From Gammaproteobacteria bacterium (GTDB lineage: Bacteria; Pseudomonadota; Gammaproteobacteria; G965209235), in assembly GCA_965209235.1 (NCBI GenBank), contig OZ242382.1, positions 1,263,010 to 1,327,009 of the forward strand: a DNA stretch of 64,000 nucleotides, given 5' to 3'. The notes below the pieces were generated by a model. The model had not been told where the DNA came from. It worked only from the letters and a program-made list of their open reading frames with translations, and made no database searches. The position numbers and the translations under genes are program-made. Positions 36,183-46,178 of this stretch are shown one piece after another (positions within the stretch are counted from its first letter, which is position 1; each line of letters starts with the position of its first letter).

Positions 36183-37082
36183 ATGTCCGAGCGCCGCCGG
36201 CGCCTTGGGGTCCTGACCATGGCAGCGGCGTCCTGTTGTGCTGCCATCGGCGCGGCCAGCGTGCGGTACGTCACCGATGACCTCGGAGTGGCGGCGACGG
36301 TGTTTTATCGCGGTGCCTTTGCCATTGCGGTTTTACTGCCTATGTTGGCCGCCACGGGACGCTTGCGGGAAGCAACGGTGGCCGTGAGACCAGGCCTCGT
36401 GTTCTGGCGGTGTTTTTTCGGGCTGCTAGGCATGGTGGCGTATTTCTATTGCGTGGCTCACTTTGGGCTGGGAATTGGAATCGTTTCAGCGTTTTCGTCG
36501 CCGCTTTGGATTCCGATTTTGTCTGCTATTTTCCTGAAGGAAAAAGCGTCACCCATGCTCATTGGGTTAGCAGTGGTGGGATTTGTTGGGGTGTTGCTCA
36601 TCGTGGGCCCAAGCGCGCTGGTCTTGGATGTCGGCGCCATCATTTTTGTCCTCACGGGGATGTTAGCAGCGATGGCTATGATTTGTGTTCGCAAGTTGCG
36701 CAACACAGACCCACCGGTGCGGCTGACGTTTTGGTTCACAGTCATTTGTTGCTTGGGCTCGTTGCCGTTTGCGCTGGTGCAGGACATGACGTTGACGCTC
36801 CAAACCTCCGCAGGGGTCGGGGTTCTGGCGGCGGCCACCACCGCCAACCAGTGGTTGTTGTCTCGGGCGTATGCCTACGCGCCGGCGCCGGCTGTGGCTC
36901 CCGCGAGTTACTTGGCTGTGGCCGTGGGATGTGTGTTAGGTGTGTTGTTGTGGGATGAGCATTTCTCCATCCAAGTGCTGTCTGGTATTGGACTCATCAT
37001 CGCGGCCGGCGTTGGGGTGTCGGTCCTAGGATCGACATCAACCGCGAAGGCGCTTGTGACGCCAAAGGATCCGGCGTCATGA
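36183..37082 (+). CDS. DMT superfamily (EamA-like) transporter
   Basis: Ten TM segments arranged as two EamA-like halves. Confidence 0.75.
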   Translation: MSERRRRLGVLTMAAASCCAAIGAASVRYVTDDLGVAATVFYRGAFAIAVLLPMLAATGRLREATVAVRPGLVFWRCFFGLLGMVAYFYCVAHFGLGIGIVSAFSSPLWIPILSAIFLKEKASPMLIGLAVVGFVGVLLIVGPSALVLDVGAIIFVLTGMLAAMAMICVRKLRNTDPPVRLTFWFTVICCLGSLPFALVQDMTLTLQTSAGVGVLAAATTANQWLLSRAYAYAPAPAVAPASYLAVAVGCVLGVLLWDEHFSIQVLSGIGLIIAAGVGVSVLGSTSTAKALVTPKDPAS

Positions 37083-37720
37083 ACGTCTTTGAGATCCTTT
37101 TTACTGTCGCGGTGGCACATGCGATTGCGGTGGCATCTCCCGGCCCGGATTTTGCGTTAGTCGTCGAAACCGTCGCGCGCAATGCGCGAGCTGGGATCCC
37201 GATTGGAGTGGCTAAGCGCGCCGGCGCGTTGGTGGCTAGCGGCATTGGGGCGGGAGTCCTCGTGCTGGCGCTGGTCACGCAGATTCCCTACATGGTGTCC
37301 GGCGTTGTGGTTATGCCAGAGTGGATTCAGGTTGCCCGCGCAGTGGGAGGTATCTACTTGTGCGTGATCGCCGTGCGTGGGTGGATGGCAGTCGGTTCGC
37401 CGACGCCTCAAGCGTCCAGCGCAGCATCGCTGTGGGGCAAGGGTTTCGCCACCAATGCGCTCAATGGTCAGGCCTGGGTCTTCTTTCTGGCGGTCATGAC
37501 CGTGACGGCAGGATCTGAGTTGACGGCGCCTGGGCGTGTGGTCTTTGCGCTTTATCTTGGATTTGCAACCGCATGCTGGTTTAGCTTGGTCTCGTATGCG
37601 CTGACCAGTGGCGCTCGGCGGGCATTTATCTCCCGGCATGCGGTGGTGATCGCTCGCGCATCTTCCGCTGCCATGTTCATACTCGGGATGATTCTGATCA
37701 ATCCAGCGCAGTGGTTGTGA
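37079..37720 (+). CDS. LysE/RhtB-family amino-acid exporter
   Basis: SPGPDFALVV N-terminal family motif, six TM segments, about 210 aa. ATGA overlap with the upstream gene. Confidence 0.8.
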   Translation: MNVFEILFTVAVAHAIAVASPGPDFALVVETVARNARAGIPIGVAKRAGALVASGIGAGVLVLALVTQIPYMVSGVVVMPEWIQVARAVGGIYLCVIAVRGWMAVGSPTPQASSAASLWGKGFATNALNGQAWVFFLAVMTVTAGSELTAPGRVVFALYLGFATACWFSLVSYALTSGARRAFISRHAVVIARASSAAMFILGMILINPAQWL

Positions 37721-37809
37721 GGCGACTTTCGAGGTCAATCTGAAGGAAAGAGGTTGGCGTGAGCGCACACCTGCCACAATTAGCGCGCATCACCGTGAAA
37801 TGCCGTTGC

Positions 37810-38496
37810 ATGAACATTCGAGTACTTGTCATCCCGGCCGCCGTCTTGGTGTGTGCACTTGCACCTCCGCCGACGGACTTAGTGTCTGAAGGTCGCTGGG
37901 TCGAAGGTGTCGAGCAGTATCGTGAAGGCATCGAAAATAAAGAGCCAGAAGCCGAATACGCTCTTGGCCGCGCCTACTACACCGGGGCTGGTGTCAATAT
38001 CAACTACAAGGAAGCGGTCATTTGGCTTCGTAAGGCAGCCCGCCGCGGACACGTGGAGGCAGCGCTCACGATGGGCAGTATGTATGAACTGGGGCAAGGG
38101 GTCAAAGCGTCACCCCGGCTGGCGGCTGATTGGTACCGGCAAGCGGCCGGGTATGGCAACGCCAAGGCGATGTACCACCTCGCGTTGTTGTACAGAAACG
38201 GAAGTCTGGGCCGAAAAGGTGCGACGCAGTCCTTTCGCCTGATGCTTCAGGCCGCGCAAAATGGTTATGCACTCGCCCAATACCAACTGGGGCTCCTGTA
38301 CATGAAGGGTGAAGGTGTCGAACAAGACGACGTTGTTGCCTACATGTGGTTGCTGATCGCCAAGCAAGCTGATGTGGTGGTGGCAGAGACGTATCTCACC
38401 GAGTTGAATGACATCTTGTCCGTCGGTGAGATTGAACGCGCCGAGCGATTTGCGATCTCATGCACCAGACGCGACTTTCAACGATGCGTGGGTTAA
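37810..38496 (+). CDS. Exported Sel1-repeat (TPR-like) protein
   Basis: Signal peptide MNIRVLVIPAAVLVCALA, then about five Sel1 repeats (AEYALGRAYYTGAGV, AALTMGSMYELGQGV, AMYHLALLYRNG, AQYQLGLLYMKGEGV). Confidence 0.8.
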   Translation: MNIRVLVIPAAVLVCALAPPPTDLVSEGRWVEGVEQYREGIENKEPEAEYALGRAYYTGAGVNINYKEAVIWLRKAARRGHVEAALTMGSMYELGQGVKASPRLAADWYRQAAGYGNAKAMYHLALLYRNGSLGRKGATQSFRLMLQAAQNGYALAQYQLGLLYMKGEGVEQDDVVAYMWLLIAKQADVVVAETYLTELNDILSVGEIERAERFAISCTRRDFQRCVG

Positions 38497-38558
38497 CCAG
38501 TCAAAACATCGTCAATGAGACGTTCTGACGGAATGTCCCCACACGCTTTGATAGCACT

Positions 38559-39098
38559 GTGACCGATTCGACGAAGACATCGCGGTGGCAGCACGATGCC
38601 CCTGTGCATTCGTGGAATCCTCCGTTATGCGAAGGTGTGAAGTTCACCATTGACGCGCGGTTTCAGTGGCGCTACCAAGGTTCCGCAATTCAACGCCCTT
38701 CGTTGATCAGTATGTTTGCGCGGGTGATGCGAAAGGATGATGATGGATACGTCATCGTCACGCCGGGCGAAAAGGTACCGTGTGAAGTTGAAGATCTGCC
38801 ATTTGAGGCACATCTCAGTGAGGTGGATGACACGGGCTATCTCTTCATGACGACCAATGTGGGAGATGTCGTTCGCGTGGACGATGCCCATGAAGTCGTG
38901 ATCGATACATCGCCCTCAGGGGATGCGATGCCCCGGGTGAGGGTCAGGCACGATCTGTGGGCCCGGATATCGCGCCCAACGTACTTGGAACTCGTCGGCA
39001 TGGCAACAGAAGTGGAATCTGAGCAGCGGGTGACGTTCCAATTGGCATCGGGTCCACACCATTTCACGCTGGGCACAATCGCCGTAGACGGCCACTGA
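38559..39098 (+). CDS. DUF1285 domain protein (GTG start)
   Basis: FTIDARFQWRYQGSAIQRPSLISMFARVMRKDDDGYVIVTPGEKVPCEVEDLPF matches the DUF1285 pattern as I remember it. The stop overlaps the mrcA start (TGATG). Confidence 0.65.
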   Translation: MTDSTKTSRWQHDAPVHSWNPPLCEGVKFTIDARFQWRYQGSAIQRPSLISMFARVMRKDDDGYVIVTPGEKVPCEVEDLPFEAHLSEVDDTGYLFMTTNVGDVVRVDDAHEVVIDTSPSGDAMPRVRVRHDLWARISRPTYLELVGMATEVESEQRVTFQLASGPHHFTLGTIAVDGH

Positions 39099-41653
39099 TG
39101 GCACGCCGCACGCCGCATTCCCGTCGCTCGGCTGGCGAGAAAACCAGCGTCAGCCGCATGGCACTTGGTTTCGCGATCTTCTGTTTGGGCGGTGCCGTTA
39201 TGACGCTTGCTGCAGGGTATTTACGCCTTGCCAGAGACATTCCACCTATCGTGGGATTGCTCGAAGTCAAGTTGGAAGAACCCATGAGGGTGTACACCAA
39301 AGATCGTGAGTTTATCGGTCAGTTTGGGACGATTAAAAGGACGCCGCGGGCCTCGGAAGATGTTCCTCTGCGGTTGCGTCAAGCGATCTTGGCCGCTGAA
39401 GATCACAACTTTTATAACCACGAAGGGGTGAGCTACGTGGGCCTGGCGCGGGCGGTCATGGAGTTGCTGCGATACCGCACGATCCGCAGCGGCGGTGGAA
39501 CGATCACCATGCAGGTTGCGCGTAACTATTTGTTGTCGCGCGAGCAGACGTTTGTGCGCAAGTTTCGTGAGATCATTCTTGCGTATCGTATTGACGAAGC
39601 GTACACCAAAGATGAGGTGATGTCGCTGTACCTGAATAACATCTTTTTGGGAAATCGGGCGTATGGTGTAGTGGCCGGGGCCCAAGTGCTGTACGGTAAG
39701 ACACTTGAAGAACTCACACTTGACGAGATCGCGGTGCTGGCCGCCTTGCCCAAAGCCCCGTCGTCGCTCAACCCGGTTCGTTATCCAGCGCGCGCGCAAG
39801 TTCGACGGGACTGGGTCTTGCGTCGCATGAGAGGGCTGGGCTACATCTCAAACGAAGACTACGAGTTGGCGGTGGCTGCGCCTGTCACCAGCCGTGTCTT
39901 TGGGTACGCAGCAGAGATTGATGCCAGTCATGCGGCAGAGATCATTCGCCGGCGGATGCTGCAGCTGTTTGGCCGGGCGGCGTATACCGAAGGGTATCAG
40001 GTGATTACCACTATTGATTCACAAGCCCAATCGGCAGCCGTACACGCGCTGAGATCAGGCTTAGAGAACTACGACCGCCGTCATGGATGGCGGTTACCTG
40101 CGCAGCGCAGTGATTTGTTTGTGCCTCGGTTGCGACGTGCCATTGAGGCCGGCGACTACCGTCGGCTATACGACCACGCCGAATACAACGAAGAGGGAGA
40201 ACTACTCGATGATGGCGGCCCTTTTGCTGTTCTCTTCGAAGGCTTGCTGGATGAAGTGTCGTACGGCGACACCATTCCCGCGTTGGTGCTGAAAGTAGAA
40301 GGTCCCACGGCCCAGCTTGCGGCCCAGAATGAAGGGATCGTTGACGTTGAATGGGGCACGCACTTCAACTGGATGCGACAGCATCTGGGATTGGATCGGC
40401 TAGGCGCTCGGCCGCGCTCGTTCCTCGACGTGATTAAGCCAGGTCAAGTTATCTACTTGCGGGCGAACGGCGACACTTACGACATCGTTCAATCGCCTAA
40501 CGTTGAGGGCGCGTTGGTGGCGCTGGATCCCACCGATGGTGCCATCGTGGCCATGGTGGGGGGATATGACGCGAAACGCAGCGAATTCAATCGCGCGACG
40601 CAAGCGAAGCCGCTCGTGGGATCAAGCATCAAGCCATTTCTGTATTCTGAAGCGGTGGATCAGTGTTACTCACCCGCCACCGTCATCAACGAATCCGCCA
40701 TCGTGATTGATGATGACACGTTGGAGGAACGTTGGCAGCCTGCCAATTCCGACGGTCGGTTTTATGGCGAAACGTCGTTGCGAGACGCCATTGTGTTCTC
40801 GCGCAACCTCGTCTCCATCAAACTCCTGCAAGAGCTCTCAATTGATTCCGTGATTGACCATTTAAAGCAATTCGGGTTCATTGAAAGCGATATGCCTCGC
40901 GATCTGTCGCTGTCACTGGGGACAGCACAGATCTCTCCGCTGGATCTCGCGCGTGGATTTTCTGTCTTCGCGAACAATGGCATACTCGTACAACCGCAAT
41001 TGATTTGGGAGGTGATTGACCGAACCGGCGCGCGGGTCCCTGGTGTCGGGTTGGCCCATGTGATCGAAACGCTTGCACGTCCCGTCACGCCCGCCCCTGT
41101 TGTTGAAACGGTGGGCTGGGAAGAGATTACGGGTGCCAAGCGGGTGATCTCGCAGGCGGAATCATGGATCATTGCCGACATGATGAAGGACGCTGCCACG
41201 CGCGGAACAGGACGCGGCACGCGAGTCTTGAAACGAGACGACATTGCTGGGAAAACAGGGACATCAAACGATGCTGACAGTACGTGGTTTTCGGGGTTTA
41301 CCAAACGTTTAGCTGCCAGCGTGTGGGTGGGATATGACTCTCCTCAAACGCTGGGTAGCCGAGAGTTTGGGAGCACAACGGCGCTGCCTATCTGGATTGA
41401 ATTTGCCGAGAGTGCGCTGCAGATTTCCGATGCGCGAGAGTCAGCAGGCATCGTGCCGCTGACGGACAGCGAACAGATTCCTGAAGGAATCGCGCTCATT
41501 CGAGTGGACCCCGAAACCGGGTTGCCTGCTGTTGCAGGGAGTGACTCGAATAGCTTTGAGTACGGACTCAATCGGTGTCTTGCTGATATCTCCACCGACC
41601 CAACAGGTCGGGAAATCGAGGACGTGAAGATCGACCTCGAGGAGATCTTTTAG
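39098..41653 (+). CDS. mrcA: Penicillin-binding protein 1A (bifunctional transglycosylase/transpeptidase)
   Basis: GT51 motifs EDHNFYNHEGV and GGGTITMQVARN. Transpeptidase motifs SSIKPF, SRN and KTGTSND. Confidence 0.95.
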   Translation: MARRTPHSRRSAGEKTSVSRMALGFAIFCLGGAVMTLAAGYLRLARDIPPIVGLLEVKLEEPMRVYTKDREFIGQFGTIKRTPRASEDVPLRLRQAILAAEDHNFYNHEGVSYVGLARAVMELLRYRTIRSGGGTITMQVARNYLLSREQTFVRKFREIILAYRIDEAYTKDEVMSLYLNNIFLGNRAYGVVAGAQVLYGKTLEELTLDEIAVLAALPKAPSSLNPVRYPARAQVRRDWVLRRMRGLGYISNEDYELAVAAPVTSRVFGYAAEIDASHAAEIIRRRMLQLFGRAAYTEGYQVITTIDSQAQSAAVHALRSGLENYDRRHGWRLPAQRSDLFVPRLRRAIEAGDYRRLYDHAEYNEEGELLDDGGPFAVLFEGLLDEVSYGDTIPALVLKVEGPTAQLAAQNEGIVDVEWGTHFNWMRQHLGLDRLGARPRSFLDVIKPGQVIYLRANGDTYDIVQSPNVEGALVALDPTDGAIVAMVGGYDAKRSEFNRATQAKPLVGSSIKPFLYSEAVDQCYSPATVINESAIVIDDDTLEERWQPANSDGRFYGETSLRDAIVFSRNLVSIKLLQELSIDSVIDHLKQFGFIESDMPRDLSLSLGTAQISPLDLARGFSVFANNGILVQPQLIWEVIDRTGARVPGVGLAHVIETLARPVTPAPVVETVGWEEITGAKRVISQAESWIIADMMKDAATRGTGRGTRVLKRDDIAGKTGTSNDADSTWFSGFTKRLAASVWVGYDSPQTLGSREFGSTTALPIWIEFAESALQISDARESAGIVPLTDSEQIPEGIALIRVDPETGLPAVAGSDSNSFEYGLNRCLADISTDPTGREIEDVKIDLEEIF

Positions 41654-43071
41654 CTCGTTCCCGTGACGATTGACACATCGATGGCAGGCGCGCACAGCTT
41701 GATCGCTTCGGCAAACGTTTGACGAATGCGGGCTAACGCTGCCTCATCCTTGCCTTCGAAACACAGCGAGATGGCCGGCGAGCTGTTGGACATGCGGATC
41801 AACCCAAACCCATCGGCATAGTCGATGCGTGTGCCGTCTAGCTGCGTCACGACGGCGCTTTCAGGAAGCGCGTCGAGTAATTCACGGCCCGTCTTTTCGA
41901 CGATCTCTTGTTTCATGCTGTCATCAATATCAATGATGACTTCGCCGCTTGTCACGCCGGTTGGAAACTCTGACATGATGTCATCCAGTGAGCGGCCATC
42001 TTCAGCCAGAGCTTCAAGGACCCGTCCACCGGCATAGATCGCGTCATCTGCGTTGATCCAGCGGTCTGGGAAACTCAGGTGCCCGCTCACTTCACCCGCT
42101 GCCACGGCATTACCGCGCGCGATCGCGAGCTTGATGAATGAGTGTCCGGTGCGCACCAGTTCCGCCGTGCCGCCGGCGGCTTCCAGCGTGCCGCGCATGT
42201 GCGCGGTGGACTTGACGTCGTACAACACGCGTCCTTTGGTATCGCGCAGTGCAATCGATGCTAACCACATGAAGAGTTGATCGGCAGGAATGTAGCGTCC
42301 GCTAGAGGTTACGACGCCGACGCGATCGCCATCTCCATCGAACGCAATACCGAGATCTGCTCCGGTTTCAAGCACACGCGCTTGCAGATCCACGAGGTTT
42401 TCCGGCTTCGCGGGATCCGGATGGTGGTTTGGGAACCGTCCGTCGAGGTCGCAGTACAGCTCATCGACGTCGACGCCCAGAGACCGGTACAACGAGGGGG
42501 CAAATGCGCCAGCTACGGCGTTTCCCGCGTCTACAACGATCTTCAACCCCGAGGCAGGACGTAAGGCTTGTTTCAGCGCTGCCATCCAGGATGTTTCCAC
42601 AGATGCGTCTTCGGAAATGGGCGTTCCCACCTGACAATCCCCGTCTTTTTCACCCAGTGCGATGACGTCTTGCCCGAAGTCCTGCAGTTCCTCAGCCGTC
42701 AGAGGCAACCCATCAATGATGAACTTCAGGCCATTGAATTGACCGGGGTTGTGGCTAGCCGTCACAACGACGCCGCATCGTATGTCAGGATCGAAACGAC
42801 CACTGGCTGCGTAGTACACCATCGGGGAAGTCGTCAGTCCCGCATTCGTGATCTCGGTGACACCGGCATGCTGCAGCCCCGTCTGGAGGGCCTCGACGAG
42901 TGCGGGGCTCGTCAAGCGCGCGTCGCGCCCAATGACGATTTTGTGGTGCCCTGTTTTGAGCATGCGGGCGCCAAGCACTTGACCGATCAGTCTCATGACT
43001 GAGTCGTTGAGCTGTGAAGGAACGACACCACGAATGTCGTAGGCGCGAAAAATTGAGTGCTCGATTAACAC
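41650..43071 (-). CDS. algC: Phosphomannomutase/phosphoglucomutase (AlgC-like)
   Basis: IFRAYDIRG, the active-site loop TASHNP, and the metal loop FDGDGDR. Confidence 0.9.
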   Translation of the reverse strand: MLIEHSIFRAYDIRGVVPSQLNDSVMRLIGQVLGARMLKTGHHKIVIGRDARLTSPALVEALQTGLQHAGVTEITNAGLTTSPMVYYAASGRFDPDIRCGVVVTASHNPGQFNGLKFIIDGLPLTAEELQDFGQDVIALGEKDGDCQVGTPISEDASVETSWMAALKQALRPASGLKIVVDAGNAVAGAFAPSLYRSLGVDVDELYCDLDGRFPNHHPDPAKPENLVDLQARVLETGADLGIAFDGDGDRVGVVTSSGRYIPADQLFMWLASIALRDTKGRVLYDVKSTAHMRGTLEAAGGTAELVRTGHSFIKLAIARGNAVAAGEVSGHLSFPDRWINADDAIYAGGRVLEALAEDGRSLDDIMSEFPTGVTSGEVIIDIDDSMKQEIVEKTGRELLDALPESAVVTQLDGTRIDYADGFGLIRMSNSSPAISLCFEGKDEAALARIRQTFAEAIKLCAPAIDVSIVTGTS

Positions 43072-43193
43072 GAAAAATCGTCAAGAGTGCGTTGGAGATT
43101 CTAGGTTTTCTGCGATGGAAGGGTGTTTCTGATGGTGTCAAAGCTCACGTGTCGCCAATCTATAATTACGTTCATCAACAGGTTGAACAACTC

Positions 43194-44189
43194 ATGTTTG
43201 ATGACATTCAAGCCGTATGGTTCAATGGGCGGATGATTCCGGTAAAGGATGCTGTCGTCCCCATGTGGACACATGGCTTGCACTACGGCACGTCCGTTTT
43301 TGAAGGCATACGAAGTTGGAGTCAAGAGGACGGAAGTGTTGCCATCTTTCGACTACGAGACCACTGCCAGCGTCTGTCGCGATCCGCCAAGATCGCGTGT
43401 ATCCCGATGGATTACAGCGCTGAGCAGTGGGAAGAAGCCATTTTGCAGACTGTCGAAGTGAATAACCTCACCAACGCATATATCAGGCCACTTGCGGCGT
43501 ACGGGTGCAATTCGCTGGCATTGAATGCCGAACATGTGGATCATTTTGCACTCGTGGTGGCGTGGAATTGGGGCTTGATGCTTAATGACGATGCGGTTGC
43601 AAGAGGGCTACAACTCAAAACCGTCGGCATCCGACGAACAGGGACCTCTGACAACATGGCAGGAGCCAAAGTGGGCGGGTTGTACGTGAAGGCCAATGTA
43701 GCGCTTCATGAAGCTCGGGCTGCAGGAGCTGATGAGGCACTTATCCTTGACGAATTTGGCTTTGTTTCCGAAACGTCTGGGCAGAATTTGTTTGCGCTCT
43801 TTCAAACTCCCACCGGAGAACTTGAGCTCGTCACCCCGTCGCCGACTTCGTGCTTGCGGGGAATTACGCGGTCGACGATCATGACGCTTGCCAAAGAGAT
43901 TGGCCTTCCAGTCCGCGAGACGATGTTCACGCCGCCGGTGCTGTACGACGCTTGTGAAGTATTTATCACAGGCACGGCAACGGGCCTCGTTGGTGTCGCG
44001 GCGGTGGATGGACATGAAATTCGCGGCGTGAGCGACCGATCGTCCCTGCCAGCAGCGATTCGGGACGCTGCATCTGTGACGTCGTACTTCCGGCGCCGGT
44101 ACTTTGATATCTGCACCGGGCGCACGGATCACCGCAATTGGCTCTTTCCCGTTGGGACAAAATCTGTGTCGACGCCCCATCTCGCATAG
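43194..44189 (+). CDS. ilvE: Branched-chain amino acid aminotransferase (fold type IV)
   Basis: WFNGRMIPVKDAVVPMWTHGLHYGTSVFEGIR, ETSGQNLF and GITR motifs. The ORF upstream of Met-61 overlaps algC. Confidence 0.85.
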   Translation: MFDDIQAVWFNGRMIPVKDAVVPMWTHGLHYGTSVFEGIRSWSQEDGSVAIFRLRDHCQRLSRSAKIACIPMDYSAEQWEEAILQTVEVNNLTNAYIRPLAAYGCNSLALNAEHVDHFALVVAWNWGLMLNDDAVARGLQLKTVGIRRTGTSDNMAGAKVGGLYVKANVALHEARAAGADEALILDEFGFVSETSGQNLFALFQTPTGELELVTPSPTSCLRGITRSTIMTLAKEIGLPVRETMFTPPVLYDACEVFITGTATGLVGVAAVDGHEIRGVSDRSSLPAAIRDAASVTSYFRRRYFDICTGRTDHRNWLFPVGTKSVSTPHLA

Positions 44190-44199
44190 CTGACTGAAT

Positions 44200-45465
44200 T
44201 TGTCCCGACCCTTACGTATTGCGCTGACTACTTACCGAGGAAACCCTCGATCGGGCGGTCAAGGCGTATTTGTTGCTCGGATCTCGCGGGAGATCACGCG
44301 GCTAGGGCATCAGGTGTCCGTGTTATCGGGGCCGCCGTATCCCGAGCTGGATGAGGGAGTCGAACTGATTCGTATTCCGGGATTGCAACTCTATGACTCC
44401 ATTCCGGTCGAATGGGGGCAGGCAGCGTCACGCGTCCGTACCTTGGCGGATGCCGATGAACTGTGGTGTCGCGTGATGGGCCGCTTCATGGAGATGCGCA
44501 GCTTCGGTAAACGCGTGCTCAGCATGATTCGCTCGCGAAAAGAAGAGACTTCCTGGGATGTCATTCACGACAACCAGTCGATTGCGCCATGGTTGATTGC
44601 CGCGCAAGACCTCATGCCGACGGTCAGCACGATTCACCACCCCGTGGTGATTGATCGTGATATTCAGGTTGCGCAAGCCAAGTCTGCGCTAGATGCGATG
44701 GCAACGCGTCGCTGGTATTCGTTTGTCAACATGCAGCGGGCAGTCGCGCCGCGCCTTCGGGCGGTCGTTTGTCCAACGCCGTCAGCCTTGCGTGATTGTG
44801 TGACCCATCTTGGCGTGCGAGAACATCGTTCTAGTGTCGCCGCCAATGGGGTGGATCAAGAGGTGTTTTATGCCACTGACGATCACCGAGCCCCGTTACG
44901 AATCGTGACGTGTGCCAGCGCGATGCATGCGATGAAAGGACTGAACGTGTTGGTGCGCGCGATGGCGCTCGTCGTCGGGCGAGATGTTGATGTGACGTTG
45001 GATGTGGTTGGTGGTCAACCGAGTGGTGAAATCAGACGACTGATTCGCGACTATGGCCTGAGTGGTCGTATCGCCTTTCACAGTCCTCCAGAGGCGTCCG
45101 GTGTGGCGGCGCTGTATCGGCGCGCGACCATTGGCATTGTGCCATCACTCTATGAAGGATTTGGGCTGCCAGCGCTGGAAATGATGGCCTGCGGGACGCC
45201 CGTTATTGCCTCACGAGCGGGTGGCTTAACCGACGTCTGTGAAGGGGCTGCTGTTTTAGTGCCGCCCGGAGATGCAACGGCTCTCTCTGTCTCCATCCGA
45301 GACTTGATTGGTTCCCAGTCATTACGCACGAAACTGCAGAAGGCTGGTTTCCAGCGCATGGAGTCTTACACCTGGGCACAAACGGCGCGGGACTATTTGA
45401 CGGAATACGATCGAGTGATCATGAGCTGGCTCGAACAAAGAGGGCACACTAGCTCGACCGCCTGA
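44200..45465 (+). CDS. GT4-family glycosyltransferase (TTG start)
   Basis: N-terminal GGQGVFV motif. C-terminal EX7E motif in PSLYEGFGLPALEMMACGTPVIAS. Confidence 0.85.
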   Translation: MSRPLRIALTTYRGNPRSGGQGVFVARISREITRLGHQVSVLSGPPYPELDEGVELIRIPGLQLYDSIPVEWGQAASRVRTLADADELWCRVMGRFMEMRSFGKRVLSMIRSRKEETSWDVIHDNQSIAPWLIAAQDLMPTVSTIHHPVVIDRDIQVAQAKSALDAMATRRWYSFVNMQRAVAPRLRAVVCPTPSALRDCVTHLGVREHRSSVAANGVDQEVFYATDDHRAPLRIVTCASAMHAMKGLNVLVRAMALVVGRDVDVTLDVVGGQPSGEIRRLIRDYGLSGRIAFHSPPEASGVAALYRRATIGIVPSLYEGFGLPALEMMACGTPVIASRAGGLTDVCEGAAVLVPPGDATALSVSIRDLIGSQSLRTKLQKAGFQRMESYTWAQTARDYLTEYDRVIMSWLEQRGHTSSTA

Positions 45466-46178
45466 TGAATACGATTGATCTCGACCGTCTTGAGTTGTCA
45501 GACGGCCACGTCGTCCTCGACGCTGGGTGTGGAGAGGGGCGGCATGTCCGCGCGCTACGTCAGCACGGCGACCTTGAGGCGGTGGGTGTTGATATGCGGA
45601 TTGATCGCCTCAAACAGATACGTGGTGAGGATGGCGCCTCGGACAAAGTGCGGCTCTACGCCGCAGATATCACCCGGCTTCCTTTCCAAAGCGGTTCGTT
45701 TGACGCGGTGATTTGCAGCGAGGTGTTTGAGCACATTCCGTTGTGGCAACGTGCGGCACATGAACTGACACGAGTGCTGCGCGGCGGTGGTGTGTTTGCG
45801 GTCAGCGTGCCGGCCCGCATGCCCGAAATGTTGTGCTGGGCGTTGTCCAAGAAATATCGAACCACTCCTGGTGGGCATGTGCGTATCTTTCGGGAAGATG
45901 AACTGAAAGCTGGCGTGCAGGCTGCGGGGATGATTTATCTCGGTAAGCATTACGCCCACGCTTTGCATGTCCCATATTGGTGGTTGCGCTGCCTGTTCGA
46001 TAAGGATCCAGACCACCATCCGGTTGTGGGATGGTATCGCAGGCGCTTAGAGGCCGAAATGTTTGGCGGTGCACGCATGCTCACTCGTCTAGACCGTTGG
46101 GCGGCGCCTCATGCCGGCAAGAGTGTGGTGATGTACTTCAGAAAGCCAGCGGACTCGCAAACACTACTTGCGTCTTAG
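45465..46178 (+). CDS. Class I SAM-dependent methyltransferase
   Basis: VLDAGCGEGRH (motif I) and FDAVICSEVFEHIP. TGATG overlap with the GT4 gene. Confidence 0.85.
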   Translation: MNTIDLDRLELSDGHVVLDAGCGEGRHVRALRQHGDLEAVGVDMRIDRLKQIRGEDGASDKVRLYAADITRLPFQSGSFDAVICSEVFEHIPLWQRAAHELTRVLRGGGVFAVSVPARMPEMLCWALSKKYRTTPGGHVRIFREDELKAGVQAAGMIYLGKHYAHALHVPYWWLRCLFDKDPDHHPVVGWYRRRLEAEMFGGARMLTRLDRWAAPHAGKSVVMYFRKPADSQTLLAS

